Origin: Pseudovirgaria hyperparasitica
Lineage: Eukaryota
Assembly (NCBI GenBank): GCA_010093815.1
Contig: ML996587.1
Direction: 5' to 3' (one strand)
Length of the DNA: 64,000 nt
In this document: positions 42,528-55,767 of the stretch, one piece after another
How the letters are laid out: every line of letters begins with the position of its first letter
How positions within the stretch are numbered: position 1 is the stretch's first letter
The notes under the pieces: generated by a model
Database searches by the model: none
What the model saw: the letters and a program-made list of their open reading frames with translations, nothing else
Told to the model about the DNA's origin: nothing
Position numbers and translations under genes: made by a program

Positions 42528-45500
42528 TTATATAACTAGATAGAGTAGTATTCTATAGACCTATATCTTCTCTAGTCTAAGCTACTATGTAAGAAGAAAC
42601 CCCATAGGGAAAAACTTTCTTATATCTATAACTATATCTTATTAAACCTCTATTTTATCTTAAGTATATAGCTATAGAGTACGCCTATTAGTCTATAGTC
42701 TATATTACTATTATTTTACCCTTAGATAGTACGTATAGATATAGAGGTTATTAGTTAAGGGTTACTCTTAACTAATAATTAGGGTTCTCCTAGGGTTCTT
42801 CCGGTATATACTAGGGTCTATCTAGTATATATCTAGTCTCGTCTAGTATATATATCTAGATCTATTAGTATTAAGGGAGAGAGAGATATATAAGTATCTA
42901 CTAGGTAATCTTCTTAGGGTACTTATTAAGCTAGCGTATAATATTAGAAGTCCTTATTATATAGATAAGTAATTATCTCTATATATAGAGGTCTAGATAT
43001 ATTACGAGATAGTACTATATTATATCTCTCTAGCTATATACTTTATACTATAGAGATATATCTAGGATACCCCTCTAATATAGATAGTATAGAAGTTCTA
43101 TAGCTTCTATTTAGGCTTAGAGGAGGATAGATACTTAGGCTTTTATAAGCCCTTTATATATCTATTTACTTAGTTCCTTCTGTAGTTCTTAAATCTATTC
43201 TAGATATCTATTCTATTAGAATACCTAATAGATCTAGAGGACTTCCTTCTATTTATTCTAGGTCTATAACTATATAGCCCGTACGAGCTTCTAAGGGTTC
43301 TACTAGTCTAGAGAGACGTCTAGATTATTCTCTATCTTCTATATAATCTAATTTAAGTCTATCTCTATTAGATATCTATATTATATCTAGATTTAGTCTA
43401 TATATTATAGTACTTAATAGTAGATACTAACTTATATACGTAGTATAGTAAAAGTATATTCTATATATTCCTTCTATTTCTATACTTATTATTTAGTAAA
43501 GTATATTACCCTCTATATCTAGTAAAAGTCTTATATACTTATTATATTTATCTCGCGTTATAGTAGTACTATATTAGTAGCTTTATATATACTAGATATA
43601 AGGCGGAGTATATAGTTCTATATAGATTTAAGTTTTATTTATCTAGTCTATATAAGGGCTATATACTAGTACTTATATCTATATATAAAGGCGGGTCGTA
43701 CTATAGATATATATAGCTAGCGCGCCTTATTCTAGGTGGTTCCCTATATAGAGGCCGTAATCTAGTATATAGTAGCTTCTATCTTAAGGGCCCTAGCTAT
43801 AGTATATATAATCTATAGACTCTATTTAAGTTTATTATTAATTATAATACTAAGTATATATATACTCTATATTAGTAGTTTAGTAAAAGCTTCTATTCTA
43901 GAACATCGCTCTCCTTTCTTAGTAGTCTATCTTCTATAGTAGTTAATAAAGTAAATAAGTTAGTATTTCTTAGGGGTAAACTTTACTCTATAGCGCTTTA
44001 TCTACTAGATATATCTCTTATAGTCTTATTTAAGGTATTTATATATTAAACTAGTATTATTATTAATAGCTAGAAGGTATATATTATTAGCGTATTCTAC
44101 TATCTCTATATATTATATTCTCTATAGAAGGTCTATAGTAAAGAAGAGGAAGAGAATTAGAGAGATAGTACTTCCTTATAGAATACTATATATTATCTTC
44201 TTATATTTACTTTAATATCTAGAGATATATATCTAGGTAATTCTTTTAGTAAGAAAGGACTATATAAACTTTATAATCTATTCGGGTATACGTCTCTTCT
44301 ATAGGTTATAGATAAGTCTTATATAGTTTATCTTATTAAATATACTAGCTATATTAAGGGAGAGTAATATTACTATACGTCTCTACTTCTATATAGTCTA
44401 AATAACTTTAAGAATATATTAGATAGTAGTAATTAGAGAGCTTCTAGTCTTCGCCTTCTAGTTTACTAGAAGAAGATTATATTCTTATACTATAGTACTT
44501 ATCTTCTTTATAATTATAGCCTTAAGTATCTTACTAAGATAAAAGAGAAGGGTAATTAGTCTCTATCCTTTTAGAGAGTTAGAGTTCTTCTCTAGCTTTA
44601 GAAGTATAATAGTATAGATAGTCTAGAAGCTTTAGGGGTAGTATCTATTCTTAGTATATATCTAGAAGATAAGACTAATAAGTAGTAGAGTTATCTATAT
44701 AGTATATTTAAGGTATCTATTTAGTATTCTATCTAGTCTAGATACTTTATTATTTAGAAGTACTTTAATAGTATTAAGTATATTCTCTTCTATAATCTCT
44801 ATAGAGATATTAACTATATCTAGATATATAGTATCGTTAATATCTAATAGGTCTACTAGCTCTAGAGAGGGAAATATAACCTTTTAGAGGATCTCTATCT
44901 TCTTAGAACTTATAGTATATATTCTTCCCTAGTATATTAGAGAAGATATTAGGAGTAGTAGCGTTAGTATATCCACGCTCTTAGCCTACTTTACTATATA
45001 CTATAGCTCTATAGCCTATTATATATACTTATTAGTAATTATATACTAGTATTTATATTATTTATTATAGAGAGCTCTATTATAAGATTAGATTATCTCT
45101 TTCTATTTCTTCTATACCTTAGCTATCTAGATATAGTATACACGTATATATAGTCTCTAGGCTTTCTATCTACTTTTATATATTTAAGGTATACCTCTTA
45201 TATCTAGAGACTTATATATTTAGTATAGTATATATTTATCTCTTAAGTCTTAGAAGGCTTAAAGAAGAACTTATATAGCTCTATCTATAGCCGGGCTATT
45301 AGATATATTAACTATAGAGAGATATAGAATTACTAATTCTAGGTCCTCCCTATACTTCTTCTAGTTAGTATCTTTCTATAGCTATCTCCCCCTTTATTTA
45401 TTAGATATAGATATATCTATTATAGTCTCTATATACTTATGGTTAGAGTCTATCTATATCTTACTAGGGCGGTAGTATTCTACTCTATAGCTTATATATT

Positions 45501-47827
45501 CTATAGCGAGAGTAAGGTCGAGTATAGATCCCTTCTTATTCTATTTATACTTTCTCTATATAATCTATCTAACTAGTATAAGAAGATATAGAAGGTCTTA
45601 GTATCTTATATATAGTTCACTCGCCCTAAGCTCTTCTCTAATAACTATTAGGCCTCTCTACTATCTATAGTAGAGGTTAAAGTCGCCTAGAAGGATATAT
45701 TATTCTAGTACTATAATACTCTCTAGTATAGTATCTAGTATAAGTAATTCTCTCTAGTTATAGATATTATAGATATAGAGAGGCCCTATATTTATCTAGA
45801 GATATAGTATTATCTAGAGGTTATCTCGGTCTATATAGAACTATTCTAAGAGCGGGATTAATTTACATATATAGAATAGAACTCTTCTATCTAGGTCTAG
45901 GAGGTAGATAGTATAGTATTCTAGGTGTGTCGTTAGTTTATTAGTTTAGTAGTATTTATATAGCTTCTAGATAGCTATTATCGCGGTATCTATCTCTTCT
46001 AGAAGTATAGTCTAGTTTTCTTATTTATATTATACGTTTACCTATATAATAATAAGTATATCTTAGCTTCTTATTAGATACTAGGGAATACTTAAGTCTA
46101 TATACTAGTAGTATTAAGGCGTAACTATCTCTATATAGTAGCTACCTTAAGGATACCCTAGGGTCGCCTAATCTTCCTCTATATAGTATACTATTATATA
46201 TTAGTTCTACTCTCTTATAGATTAGTAGATATAGTTATAGATAAGGTTAGAGTAGATAGTAGAGGCCTTATAGCCTAGTATATCTACCTTACTTCTCTCG
46301 CCTTTATAGCGTTAATATACTTAGTAACTTATTTATATTTTATATATATTACTAACTAGAATAGGTATTTTCTATTATAGTTAGAGTACTTAGTAGTTTC
46401 TCTATCTTATATACTATTACTCTAGGTCCTATAGGGGTATTTCTAGGTACTATAGCTTTAATAATACTAGCTATATATAGCCTTTTAAGAGTACCTCTAC
46501 CTAGTATATCTATACCCTTAATAGTTAAAGTATTAGATTATTATCTATACTTAGTTCTATAGTTCTACTATAAGTAGTTCCCCTTTAGCTAAGAAGCCTT
46601 TCTATATAATCTTATAGATAAGAGCGGGGTCCCTAAGCTCTACTATTATAGTAGAGTATTTTTTTAATTTTATCTTAATTCTCTATATATTTTTCTACTA
46701 TATCTTTATAATCTTAATTCTAGGGTATTTTTAGTTATTAGATCTCTCTATTTACTTAATATTATTATCTCTAATAACTTAGCCCTAGATAGAGATAGTA
46801 TATATCTATATTAGGTATATATTTATATAGATAGACGCGCTAGAGAAGATATTATTTATTATGTTTAGGTTATAGAAGATAGTCTACTAGACTATATTAG
46901 TAGTAGTTATTAGTACTATACCTTCTAGAGTAAGTTCAGCTATAACTATATTTAACTATATTTCTTTCTATTTATTAATTTTATTAATAATATTCTTTAG
47001 GGACGTCTACTAGACTTATATAAGTACTTTCTTATTCTAGATAGTAACTTATATACTATACGCTCCTCCCTTAGATATCCTTAGTATCTAGACTATCTTA
47101 ATTATACTATCTATTAGTATAGTAATCTGTATCTATATACTAGAGCGTTTCTTCTAGATAAGGCCCTCCTAGATTCTTAGTAGACTAGCTTTAATTTAGT
47201 CTAGTCTAGACTCTAGACTTACTTCTAGCGTCTATTTTACTTCTATAGTAAGCTCCTTAATATTCTAGACTAGACTCTAGAAGATATTAAGAAGAGTAGT
47301 CTCTTCTTTCTTAACCTCTCTCTCTATATATACTATCTAGTATTTAATCTTATCTATAAGGGTATCTCTAATTGGAGTCCTCTCTATCTTAGTTATCTAT
47401 AGTATTTTATACTCTTAGTTATTTTCTATTTTTTAGATATTAGATTAGTTATTCTAGAATATACTACTATATAGCCGTTTCTACTATACTAATAGTAGAG
47501 GTATATCTAGTAGAAGCTAGGGTATATTAGTACCTAAGGCCGCTATAGTTTATTAGTTAAGGGCTACCCTTAACTAATAAAAAGAGAGTTAGCGTGTTAG
47601 TATTTATTAGTAGTAGTCTATACTTACTACTCTAAAGAGTTTTTAAGTATATATATATAGTATCTCTATACGTTAGTACTATTATATATTATATACTATA
47701 TATATATATATGTATTAAAGGTTATTATACTCGGTATACTCTATTAACTAATATATATAGATTACTATATCGCCCCGAATTAACTAGTTTTAGTCTCTTA
47801 GAGTATTAGAAGTTTAATTCTTATATA
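42474..47827 (-). mobile_element. Full-length Tad1-like LINE copy L4, heavily RIPped
   Basis: (AAT)~18 tail at 42471-42527; TSD TTATTAATTATA (42462-42473 / 47828-47839); palindromes at 42748-42778 and 47550-47580; colinear with L2/L3 on the minus strand. Confidence 0.93.
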
Positions 47828-49429
47828 TTATTAATTATATAAGTAATCTTATATAGATCTATTATTATATAGTAAAGCTTCTTCTTTAGTCTAATACTAT
47901 AAATATTCTTACTATTTAGTAAAACTTAATCTCTAATATTAAAGATTATAGGTTTTCTACCCTTATTATAGTATAATTTACTATAATCTATAGTATCTTA
48001 TAGTAACTTTATAATACTTCTTTATATTTAGAATAGTTCTATAGTAATTTCTATTACTTTAATATTAGATTATTCTACTTTAAACTATATTTCTAAGAAC
48101 TATATATTATAGTTCTAACTAAAGGTTACTTTAAATAAACTTACATAGATTAATATATAATAGCTATTATTATATATAAATTCTATAATATAGACTAATC
48201 TTATCTAGTTATTCTACTTATAGTTATAATATATATATAAATATACCTTAACTATCTAATTCTACTACTCTATCTATCTATCTATTTATAGATAGAATAT
48301 AGTACTAAGTTTCTACTTAATTCCTAGTATATAGTAGAAATCCTTCTAAAATTTAGAGATTATCTATAGACCTCTATCTAAAACTATACTATTTAGTATA
48401 CTATAGAGCTAAACTATATTATAGAGTAGTATATCTATAAGATCTAGTACTTAGATTATCTTTCTTATAGAAATATAGTATAATATCTTTATAAATCTAT
48501 CTAGAACTATAAGTAAACTATTATAAATATATCTAAGATACTTACTTAGGGGTAGATCTATAATAAAATCTATTAATAATTTCTTCTATATCTTCTTTAG
48601 TATAGATAATAGCCTTAATTTACTATATAGTAAGTATCTATATACTTTTATATACTAGTAAACGTTATATATTTTTATATAGTCCTTTATATATCCATAA
48701 AGACCTAGCTAGTTATATATTCTTTAGATTAAAATAACTATTCTTATAATACTAAAGTATTCTACTAATATATAATTATATTATTCCCTTAAAATATTAA
48801 TTTATAAGCCGCCTTCTAGTATATATAGTTAGCCTTAGAAGTAGATTATATCTAATTATTATTTCTACCTTAATAACTATAGTAGATCTATAGTACTTCC
48901 TTTTATACTTATAACTTTCTTTACTAATATATTAGAATTCTAGGTAGATTTAATTAAGTCTTTAAGGGTTTTCTTAGTTTCTTAGATATTTATTTAGATT
49001 ACTTAATACCTACTTTAATTCCTACGGAGAATTACTAAAAGTATCCTAGCTTCTAGTATTCTATTAGATAACTAGTCTTATAGTATCTATAGTATAGTAT
49101 AGTCTAGATTATACTAACTATCTATATTATTCTATAATAATTTCTTATAATCTTTATACTATAATGGAGAATTAGCTTTATTTGTTAGGACTTAGCCTTA
49201 GATAGAACCCGACCTACACGTACCTTAGCTAACAGGGATAGGAGGTGACGTGAAGGGCGGTAAACAGTCACGTGCTAGATAGATCGGCGTCCCTTTATGT
49301 ATATACTCTCGGATTCCTACTAAAAGGGTTTGGTAGTAATTCGTTCTATAATAGAATACACCCTATTATTCCATCTAACTATACTACTATCTAATAACCC
49401 TATTCTTACATTCGAATTACTCCCTATAT

Positions 49430-50760
49430 AGTACTATAGTTAAGATAGTCTAACTAGAACCGAGAAGGTCGACACGATCCACTATAGGGATAAGTAATAC
49501 TATATTAAATAATAGGGATCCTCTATAATCGGTATTAATCCCGGCCGTTTCTAACCGAGAAGTGGAAATATTAGACTAAATCACGGAGCTTTTAGACGAA
49601 GAAATGGTAGATACGCCGAGTAACTTCTAATAATATAAAGCCGGATAACGAGTCGTGGCGGAGCCACACGAGGTATCATAATAAACCATTACCGAACTTT
49701 AGAAATATATCGTAAATTAGGCTCGAGAGATTCAAACCCTTAAAGAATAGATAGAACGTGCGAAACTCCTCGCAAAGAGACAAGAACTTAAGGAGTCTCT
49801 TAAAGAACTACGCCGAACGATAGTAGGTGGACGACTTCCTATACTAATTCAGGCGGAATTAGTTTACCCACCATTAGAGTTACGACAATCTACTATATAC
49901 CTAGCCGCTTCGTTACCGATTTACCCTACTCCTTCCCTAGATATACTAAAACCTAAAGACCCGACTATATTTATAGGGAAGAACTAAAAGGAGTAGAAAG
50001 ACTAGAAGAGAGACTACGAAAAGTACTTCCTTAATAACTCTCTACTCTTTTCTACTAAAGTATAACACATTTCGTTCGGAGAACGATACCTAGACTTATA
50101 ATCCCGCGATCAATAGGATAGATAGAAGGAAGTATAGCTACTATCTACGATAACCTAGGAATATTTAGCTATATTTATACTAAACACCCTCGGAACGGAT
50201 AGAGAACGTAAAAGAAAGGTACTATCTAAGTTAAGAAGCGTAGCATAACGACCGAACTAGACACCTACTTAACTACTATAATACCTCTAAAACCTATAGA
50301 ATAATATCCCTATACTATAGGAAAATATTCGTATATTCTAGTTTCGCAAAGTACTACTTCCATTAATCCGCGAAAGACTAGGAATAGTATTATTAAGTTT
50401 TAACTATCTACACGAATTAGAGGAGAAAGCTAATAAACACTACCGTATCCTTAAGGAACGCGGCTCTCTAGGTAAAACTAACGAACCCTATACGGGTTAG
50501 AAACGAGGTCGATCGAATACGTTCGATTAAGAGTAACCTTACCGCGATTAGTACTAGAAGAGCGTAAATCGAGGTAGAAACGCGTTAAGAGGACACCGAA
50601 ATAATCGAGGCGGTGCTTCTTAACGCGGAAAAGGATAAGATATAGGCTTAAATATAACGCCTATCGTAAAATAGTAGGATTATAGCGCACTTCGTTACTA
50701 TAAGTATAGAGAAATAGAATATATTTCACCTAACTATAAGAATCTAAAAAAAGAATAGAC
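49430..50760 (+). pseudogene. gag: gag of C1 with CCHC knuckle
   Basis: PKDPTIFIGKN*KE (~49950), de-RIPped CYKCGETGHISPNC (~50696-50738). Ends approximate. Confidence 0.78.
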
Positions 50761-50789
50761 TAGTACACGAGACCTAACCACGTCCTTAG

Positions 50790-53700
50790 CTAAATTATAT
50801 ATACTTAGAAGGAGCCGTAGCGCCTTCCGGCGAGTAAAGATCTAATATTACTAAAGATATTATTATCTATAGTAAATAGTAATAAAACTATATAGGCTCT
50901 TATAGATACTAGTATAGAAGATAACTATATTTCGTTAATTCTTATAAAGACGTATAGATTATCGTACGATCTCGGTAAAGTTAGCCGAACTATCGTAGTT
51001 AATAGATATGAAGTTAGAACTTTAGGCAAAGCTATAACGAATTACGAAGTTTATAACTCGAAGATAATAAAATAGTAGATGTCTAATAAATTTATCGTGG
51101 CTAATATTAGCTAATAGAATATAATTCTAGGGATGCCTTAGCTTAGACGCCTAAACCCTATCCTTGATTTTTAGAAGGAGATATTGACGTTCCGATAATA
51201 CTATAGTAAATTATACTAGTAAGTCATAACTATTAGTAAGGAGGCATTGAACCTCGCTGTACGGACCCGATCGTCGCTAATCTATCTTACGTCCTTATCG
51301 ATCGTTAATAAAGATAAGGATAATAGTAATAATCGGGGCGAAGACACGCTACCCAACGTATATTCGTAGTATATGGATGTGTTTTCGGTAGAAGATACGT
51401 CACTTCTCCCTAATCACGGGCCGTATAAGCTAAAGATCGAGCTCGAAGAGGGAGTAGACGTCCCTTATAGTCTACTTTACCTACTTTCAAGACTAGAACT
51501 TAAAGTTCTTTATAAATATATTAAAGAATACCTCGAAAGAGACTAGATACGTTATAGTACGTCATCGGCCGGTATACCTATTCTCTTCATAAAGAAGAAA
51601 GACGGAAGTTTATATCTATACGTCGACTATTAGGTACTAAATACGGTGACTAAGAAGAATCGTTACCTATTACCGCTAGTTAGTAAATCTTTAGACTAAT
51701 TAACGAAGGTAAAGTACTTTATAAAGCTAGATTTATAAGATATATATTACCGGCTTTAAATTCGTCGCGGAGATAAGTGGAAAACCGCATTTCGGACTAG
51801 ATATAGTTATTTTAAGTATACTATTATACTATTCGGGCTAATAAATGTGCTAGGAGCGTTTTAAGGATATATTAATACTATACTCGTAGGATTACTTAAC
51901 GTGATTTACGTAGTTTATCTCAATGATATACTAATTTACTCCGATAGTATATAGGATTATAAAGGACACGTGAAATCGGTGCTAAATCGTCTAAGGTAGT
52001 ATAAACTCTACGTAAAATTATCTAAATGCGAGTTTCACTAATAAGAAGTTGGGTTTCTCGGCTTTATTATAATATATGGCGGCCTAAAAATGGAGCCGGA
52101 GCGTGTAAAGACTATCATAGAATAGCTAGAACCTACTACTATACGTTAAATTAGAATATTTATAGGTTTCGTGAACTATTATCGTAAATTTATTATAGAC
52201 TTCTTACGAATTACGGCGCTACTTAATAAACTTATAGAGAATGGCGGTAAAATTCCTATAGATAGGCGAGTATAGCGTAAAGCTAAGTCGGTCGAGATAT
52301 AGTTAACGCCGGAAGCGCGAGATGCGTTCCGATCATTAAAGAATTACTTTATAACTACGCCGATTCTTAGGTATTTCGATTCTAAGAAGTATATTCGGGT
52401 CGAAACTAACGCGTTAGAATTCGTAATTACTAGAATCATTAGTTAACCGTATAAAGATGCGAAAGACAAGGTATAATAGCACCCGGTCGCTTTCTTTTCC
52501 CGTAAAATGGCGGATATAGAGACGCGTTATAATACGCACGACTAGGAACTACTTATAATCGTCGAGAGTTTTAAGTAATAGCGATATTATTTAGAAGGCT
52601 CCGTATATTAGATCGAATTATTATTAGATTATATAAATCTACGTTACTTTATATCGACTAAGGTCCTTAATCACTAATAAGTACGTTAGGCTAAGTAGAT
52701 ATTAATATTTAACTTTAACATCTTATATAAAGCTAGAAGAGAGAATAAAGCTAATCCTCTATCGCAGCATAAAGATTATAAGAAATCGTTATAGAATAAC
52801 GTAGATAGTTAGTGTAAGTTAGACTATACTATACTTTAGATACTATAAGACTAGTTATCTAATAGAATACTAGAAGCTAGGACACTTTCGGCGATTCTCC
52901 GCGGGAATTAGAACGGGTATTAAGTAATCTAAATAAACGTCTAAGAAACTAAGAAAACCCTTAAAGACTTAATTAAATCTACCTAGAATTCCGATATATT
53001 AGTAAAGAAAGTCATAAGTATAAAAGGAAGCGCTATAGATCCGCCGTGGTTATTAAGGTAGAAATAATAATTAGACGCGATCTACTTCTAAGGCCGACTC
53101 TACGTGCCGGAAGGCGGCTTACGAATTAATGTTTTAAGAGAATAGCACGATTACGCGTTAGTAGGGTACTTTAGCATTATAAGGACGGTTAATTTAATCC
53201 GAAGGATATACGACTAGCCGGGTCTTTATAAATATATAAAAGACTACGTAAAAATGTATAACGTTTACTAGTATACGAAAGTATATAGATACTTACCATA
53301 TAGCGAATTAAGGCCATTACCTATACTAAAGGAGGCATAGAAGGAATTATTAATGGATTTCATTATAGATCTACCCCTAAGTAAGTATTCTAGATACATT
53401 TATAATAGTTTACTCGTAGTTCTAGATAGATTTATAAAGATATTATACTATATCCCTATAAGGAAGACGATCTAAGCACCGAATCTTATAGATATACTAC
53501 TCTATAACGTAGTCCGGCTCTACGGTATACTAAACGGTATAGTTTCGGATAGAGATCCGTAGATAACGTCTAAATTTTAGAAGGATTTCTACTATACGCT
53601 AGGAATTAAGCGGAAACTTAGTACTATATTCCATCTATAAATAGATAGATAGACGGAGCGGTAGAATCAGATAGTCGAGGCGTATTTACGCGTATATTAT

Positions 53701-54530
53701 AACTATAAGTAGGATAACTAGGTAAGGTTAGTCTATGTCGCGGAATTCGCGTATAATAATAGCCGATATACGTTAACCCACGTGAGTCTATTCGAAGTAA
53801 ACTTCGGTTAGAACCATAATATATAGTTCTTAGAGACTTAGTTTAAAGTAGAATAACCTAACGTTAAAGTAATAGAAATTACTATAGAACTATTCTAAAC
53901 GTAAAGAAGCGTTATAAAGTTACTATAAGATACTATAAATTATAGTAAATCGTATTATAATAAGGGTAGAAAACCTATAATCTTTAATGTTAGGGATAAA
54001 GTTTTACTAAATAGTAAGAATATTCGTAGTATTAGGCTAAAGAAGAAGCTTAACTATATAATAATAGGTCTATATAAGATTACTCGTGTAATTAATAACC
54101 AGGCGTACGAGTTATAACTCTCTCCTACGTTAAAGATATATAATATATTCTATATTACGCTTCTCGAGCCATTTCATGCCTTATTATTACCGGATCGTTC
54201 CGAATAGATACTATATAAAGTAGTTACGTAAGAAGGTATAGATATCTACGAAGTTAAGTAGATACTTAGCTAGTAACGTGCCGAAGATAGTACGTAGCTA
54301 TATAAGATTCGTTAGAAAGGATATAATTCTAATAAAGATACTTAGGAACCTATAATAAACATTAGTAAAGTAGCGATATTAGTATATAAGTAGTAATTAG
54401 TAAAGGAAGCCGCGGAATCGCAGAGAATTATACTAAAGTACAGCGATTTAACGTTTTTTAGTATAGTTTAGCGCTAAGGACGGCCGCCTAAAAGGAAGAA
54501 GGTGAAAGAGATATAGATCTTTAAAACATT
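50790..54530 (+). pseudogene. pol: pol of C1: protease, RT, RNase H, integrase, chromodomain
   Basis: ALIDTS (~50896), KKKDGSL..VDY, RRGDKWKTAFRTRY, VVYLNDILIYS (~51910), KLSKCEF, VETNA, YNTHD*ELL, MDFIIDLP, YEVK*IL...IR*KGY...DT*EP (~54247-54350). Ends approximate. Confidence 0.92.
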
Positions 54531-54872
54531 CTAAGGAATTAAGGAACTTCCTTAGAAAGTTCGAACTTAGAACTTTAAAAAATTTAACTAAAAAAGAGAC
54601 TTAGAAAAATGATTTACTAAGAGAAATAGACATTAAAAATCGGTGCCGATTGGTATAGATCGGTATAGATTACTAAAGAGATTAAAGAAGTTATTATTAA
54701 AGAAAGATGAAATTAAGAAAGCTAGAAGAAAATATAAAGATCTATATAGATCTATGTAAACTCACACTAATCTATCTAGAAGAAGCAAGATCGCTTTAAA
54801 ATTAAAACCGAAAAACCAAAAACGCTAGATAAAAGAGATATATTAGTACCGATTGGTATAGATCTAAACTAT

Positions 54873-55767
54873 TTATATCGGAGTAGGAGTAGAAGTACTA
54901 ATTACCGCGATAGTTACATCTAATTCCTTTTACTAGTTCTTATTTACCATAGTATAGAGCTTTATAATATAAGTCTCTAGCCTTTTATTCCGATACTAGA
55001 AATTCTATATAGCGCGCCTTATAGCTATAAACTCCTCTATAGAAACATATAGAGCGGCGGGACCTAGGACGGAGAGGGACGGACCGGCGCGGGCACGCTA
55101 AGAATTATATAAATCAGCGAAAAGATTTAACGATTGGTATAGAACCATATACCTTTAGTATAGAAACCTCTAGATTAGAGCCATCTTCCCTAAATTTATA
55201 GCTCTTTAGCATGCGCGAGGAAGGAACCTTAGCCTTTTTACTAGAACCTTTTCTAGGAATTCTAATATCGCCGGTATATAGAAAGAAGTCTAAAGTAGTA
55301 GAGATTTTAGCACTATTATAGAGATTAATATATATTAGTAAGAATCTATAACGATTTAAGAAAAACGATATTACCTAGTAATCGCGGTAATAATAGCTAT
55401 AGTAGATTCCAATAAATCCTTATAGATCTTATTAGAATTATACTCCTAGGCGTAACCCTTACCTTAGATATATAGCTTATAGAAAGCCTTCTCTAAGGCG
55501 TTGCGATTAGTAGTACTACGCTTCTTATTAGTAGGGGTTACTAGAGGCCTAGTAGTAATCTATACTAATATAAGTAAATCTACGTAAAGTTCTTCGAACT
55601 TACTTAAATATCTATAAGTAATAACGCTTCTTAGTCATGTAAGTACCGTATATTATAGATTTAGTACTACTATAAGTAATATACGACGGAAAGCGACAAC
55701 CATAATAATATATAGCTAGATTATTAGAGCCCGGCCTAGGTCGGGGTAGATTAATAGCTTTCGACAT
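54873..55767 (-). pseudogene. Antisense four-exon cargo gene of family C (~241 aa) with Zn2Cys6-like N-terminal cysteine pattern
   Basis: Exons 55767-55612, 55559-55375, 55312-55153, 55097-54873; introns of 52, 62 and 55 bp with GT...AG ends (first GT preserved in C3 at 61946); introns 2 and 3 have CTRAY-like branch sites; splicing keeps one frame with only RIP-type TAA/TAG stops. Confidence 0.7.
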
